The position numbers and the translations under genes are program-made. Positions 63,262 through 64,000 of a DNA stretch of 64,000 nt are shown here, piece by piece. Within the stretch, counting starts at the first letter, position 1. Each line of letters starts with the position of its first letter. The stretch lies in contig NC_086097.1 in NCBI RefSeq assembly GCF_963921235.1, forward strand, positions 182,840,001 through 182,904,000, read 5' to 3'. The notes under the pieces were generated by a model. The model was not told the DNA's origin, did not search any database, and saw only the letters and a list, made by a program, of their open reading frames with translations. This stretch comes from Mobula hypostoma (Eukaryota).

Positions 63262-64000
63262 GTGAGTCTCTCCCCTGCTCAGGGTAAGGGTCGGAGGGCA
63301 GGTTACAGGTCAGACTCTGAGTGTGGAGGACCAGAGTCTACAAAGAGATGTGGTAAGTTTAGTTTCTGGGGAGAAGCTGGCAAATGGGGATACTGTAAAG
63401 TTATCCACACTGTAAGAACGTTGTTCAATCAGAGAAATACTGTAGGTTGCTGCGGTTGGGAGAGACTGCCGATTCTCAGATGGAAATGCAAAGCTGTAAT
63501 GTGCAGCAAGATGGTCTCTGTTTCAAGAGATGGAGCATCAAATTGAGGAAGACTTGCTACACTTGCTGTGTACGGTTCTGCTCTCCCTGTTTAAGGAGGA
63601 GTGTTTGAACATGGGGCAGTTCAGAGAAGATACACTAGGTTGGGGTAGAGGGCAGAGCAGTCATCTCCGAAATTTGGAATAAACAAGACATAACTGTTAA
63701 CCTAAAACATTCACTCTTTTCTCTCTCCAGAGTTGCTGCCTGATCTGTTGGGTCTTTCTAGCGGTTTCTTTTCCCATTTAAGGGAAAATATTGAGCACAG
63801 AGTCAGCATGAACATGTTGGTCCAAAGGGCCTGCTCCTGAGTAACTTGCCTCTATGACTTGTGGAGTACTGGAGAGGGTAGATGCTGAGAGGATAATTCA
63901 GTGCAGGAGGGGAAAGTAGAAGCTTCTGGAGGAACCTGATGTGTCAGGTAGCATCTGTGGAGGGAAATGGAAAGTCAAGGTTTCAGGTTGAGACCTTTCA

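Overview
Eukaryotic vertebrate DNA, most likely from a cartilaginous fish (ray or shark), judged from the HE1-type SINEs and the Penelope/CR1 repeat complement. The whole window lies inside one large plus-strand gene, SCO-spondin (SSPO, the Reissner fibre glycoprotein). I traced 22 internal coding exons from 2668 to 63261. All have GT-AG boundaries and matching phases, giving about 3.74 kb of CDS (about 1,250 aa) with no stop codon. The encoded order is TIL, vWD, C8, TIL, 9 LDLa, 2 TSP1, TIL, TSP1, vWC, linker, LDLa. Start and stop codons lie outside the window. Introns are packed with nested transposons (CR1, Rex1/Babar, a probable Vingi LINE, Penelope-like elements, a hAT-Buster transposon, a Tc1 MITE, SINEs) and G/T-skewed minisatellites. 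The most notable observations are three: (1) minimal hammerhead-ribozyme motifs in Penelope-like inserts, including core-intact copies on the pre-mRNA strand; (2) repeated tandem duplication of SSPO 3' splice sites, including a 1.3-kb array apparently amplified from an acceptor and one in-frame alternative acceptor; (3) no F5/8 (discoidin) exon at the position where mammalian SSPO has one. TE family names come from motif recognition, not database searches, and TE boundaries are approximate unless a TSD is quoted.
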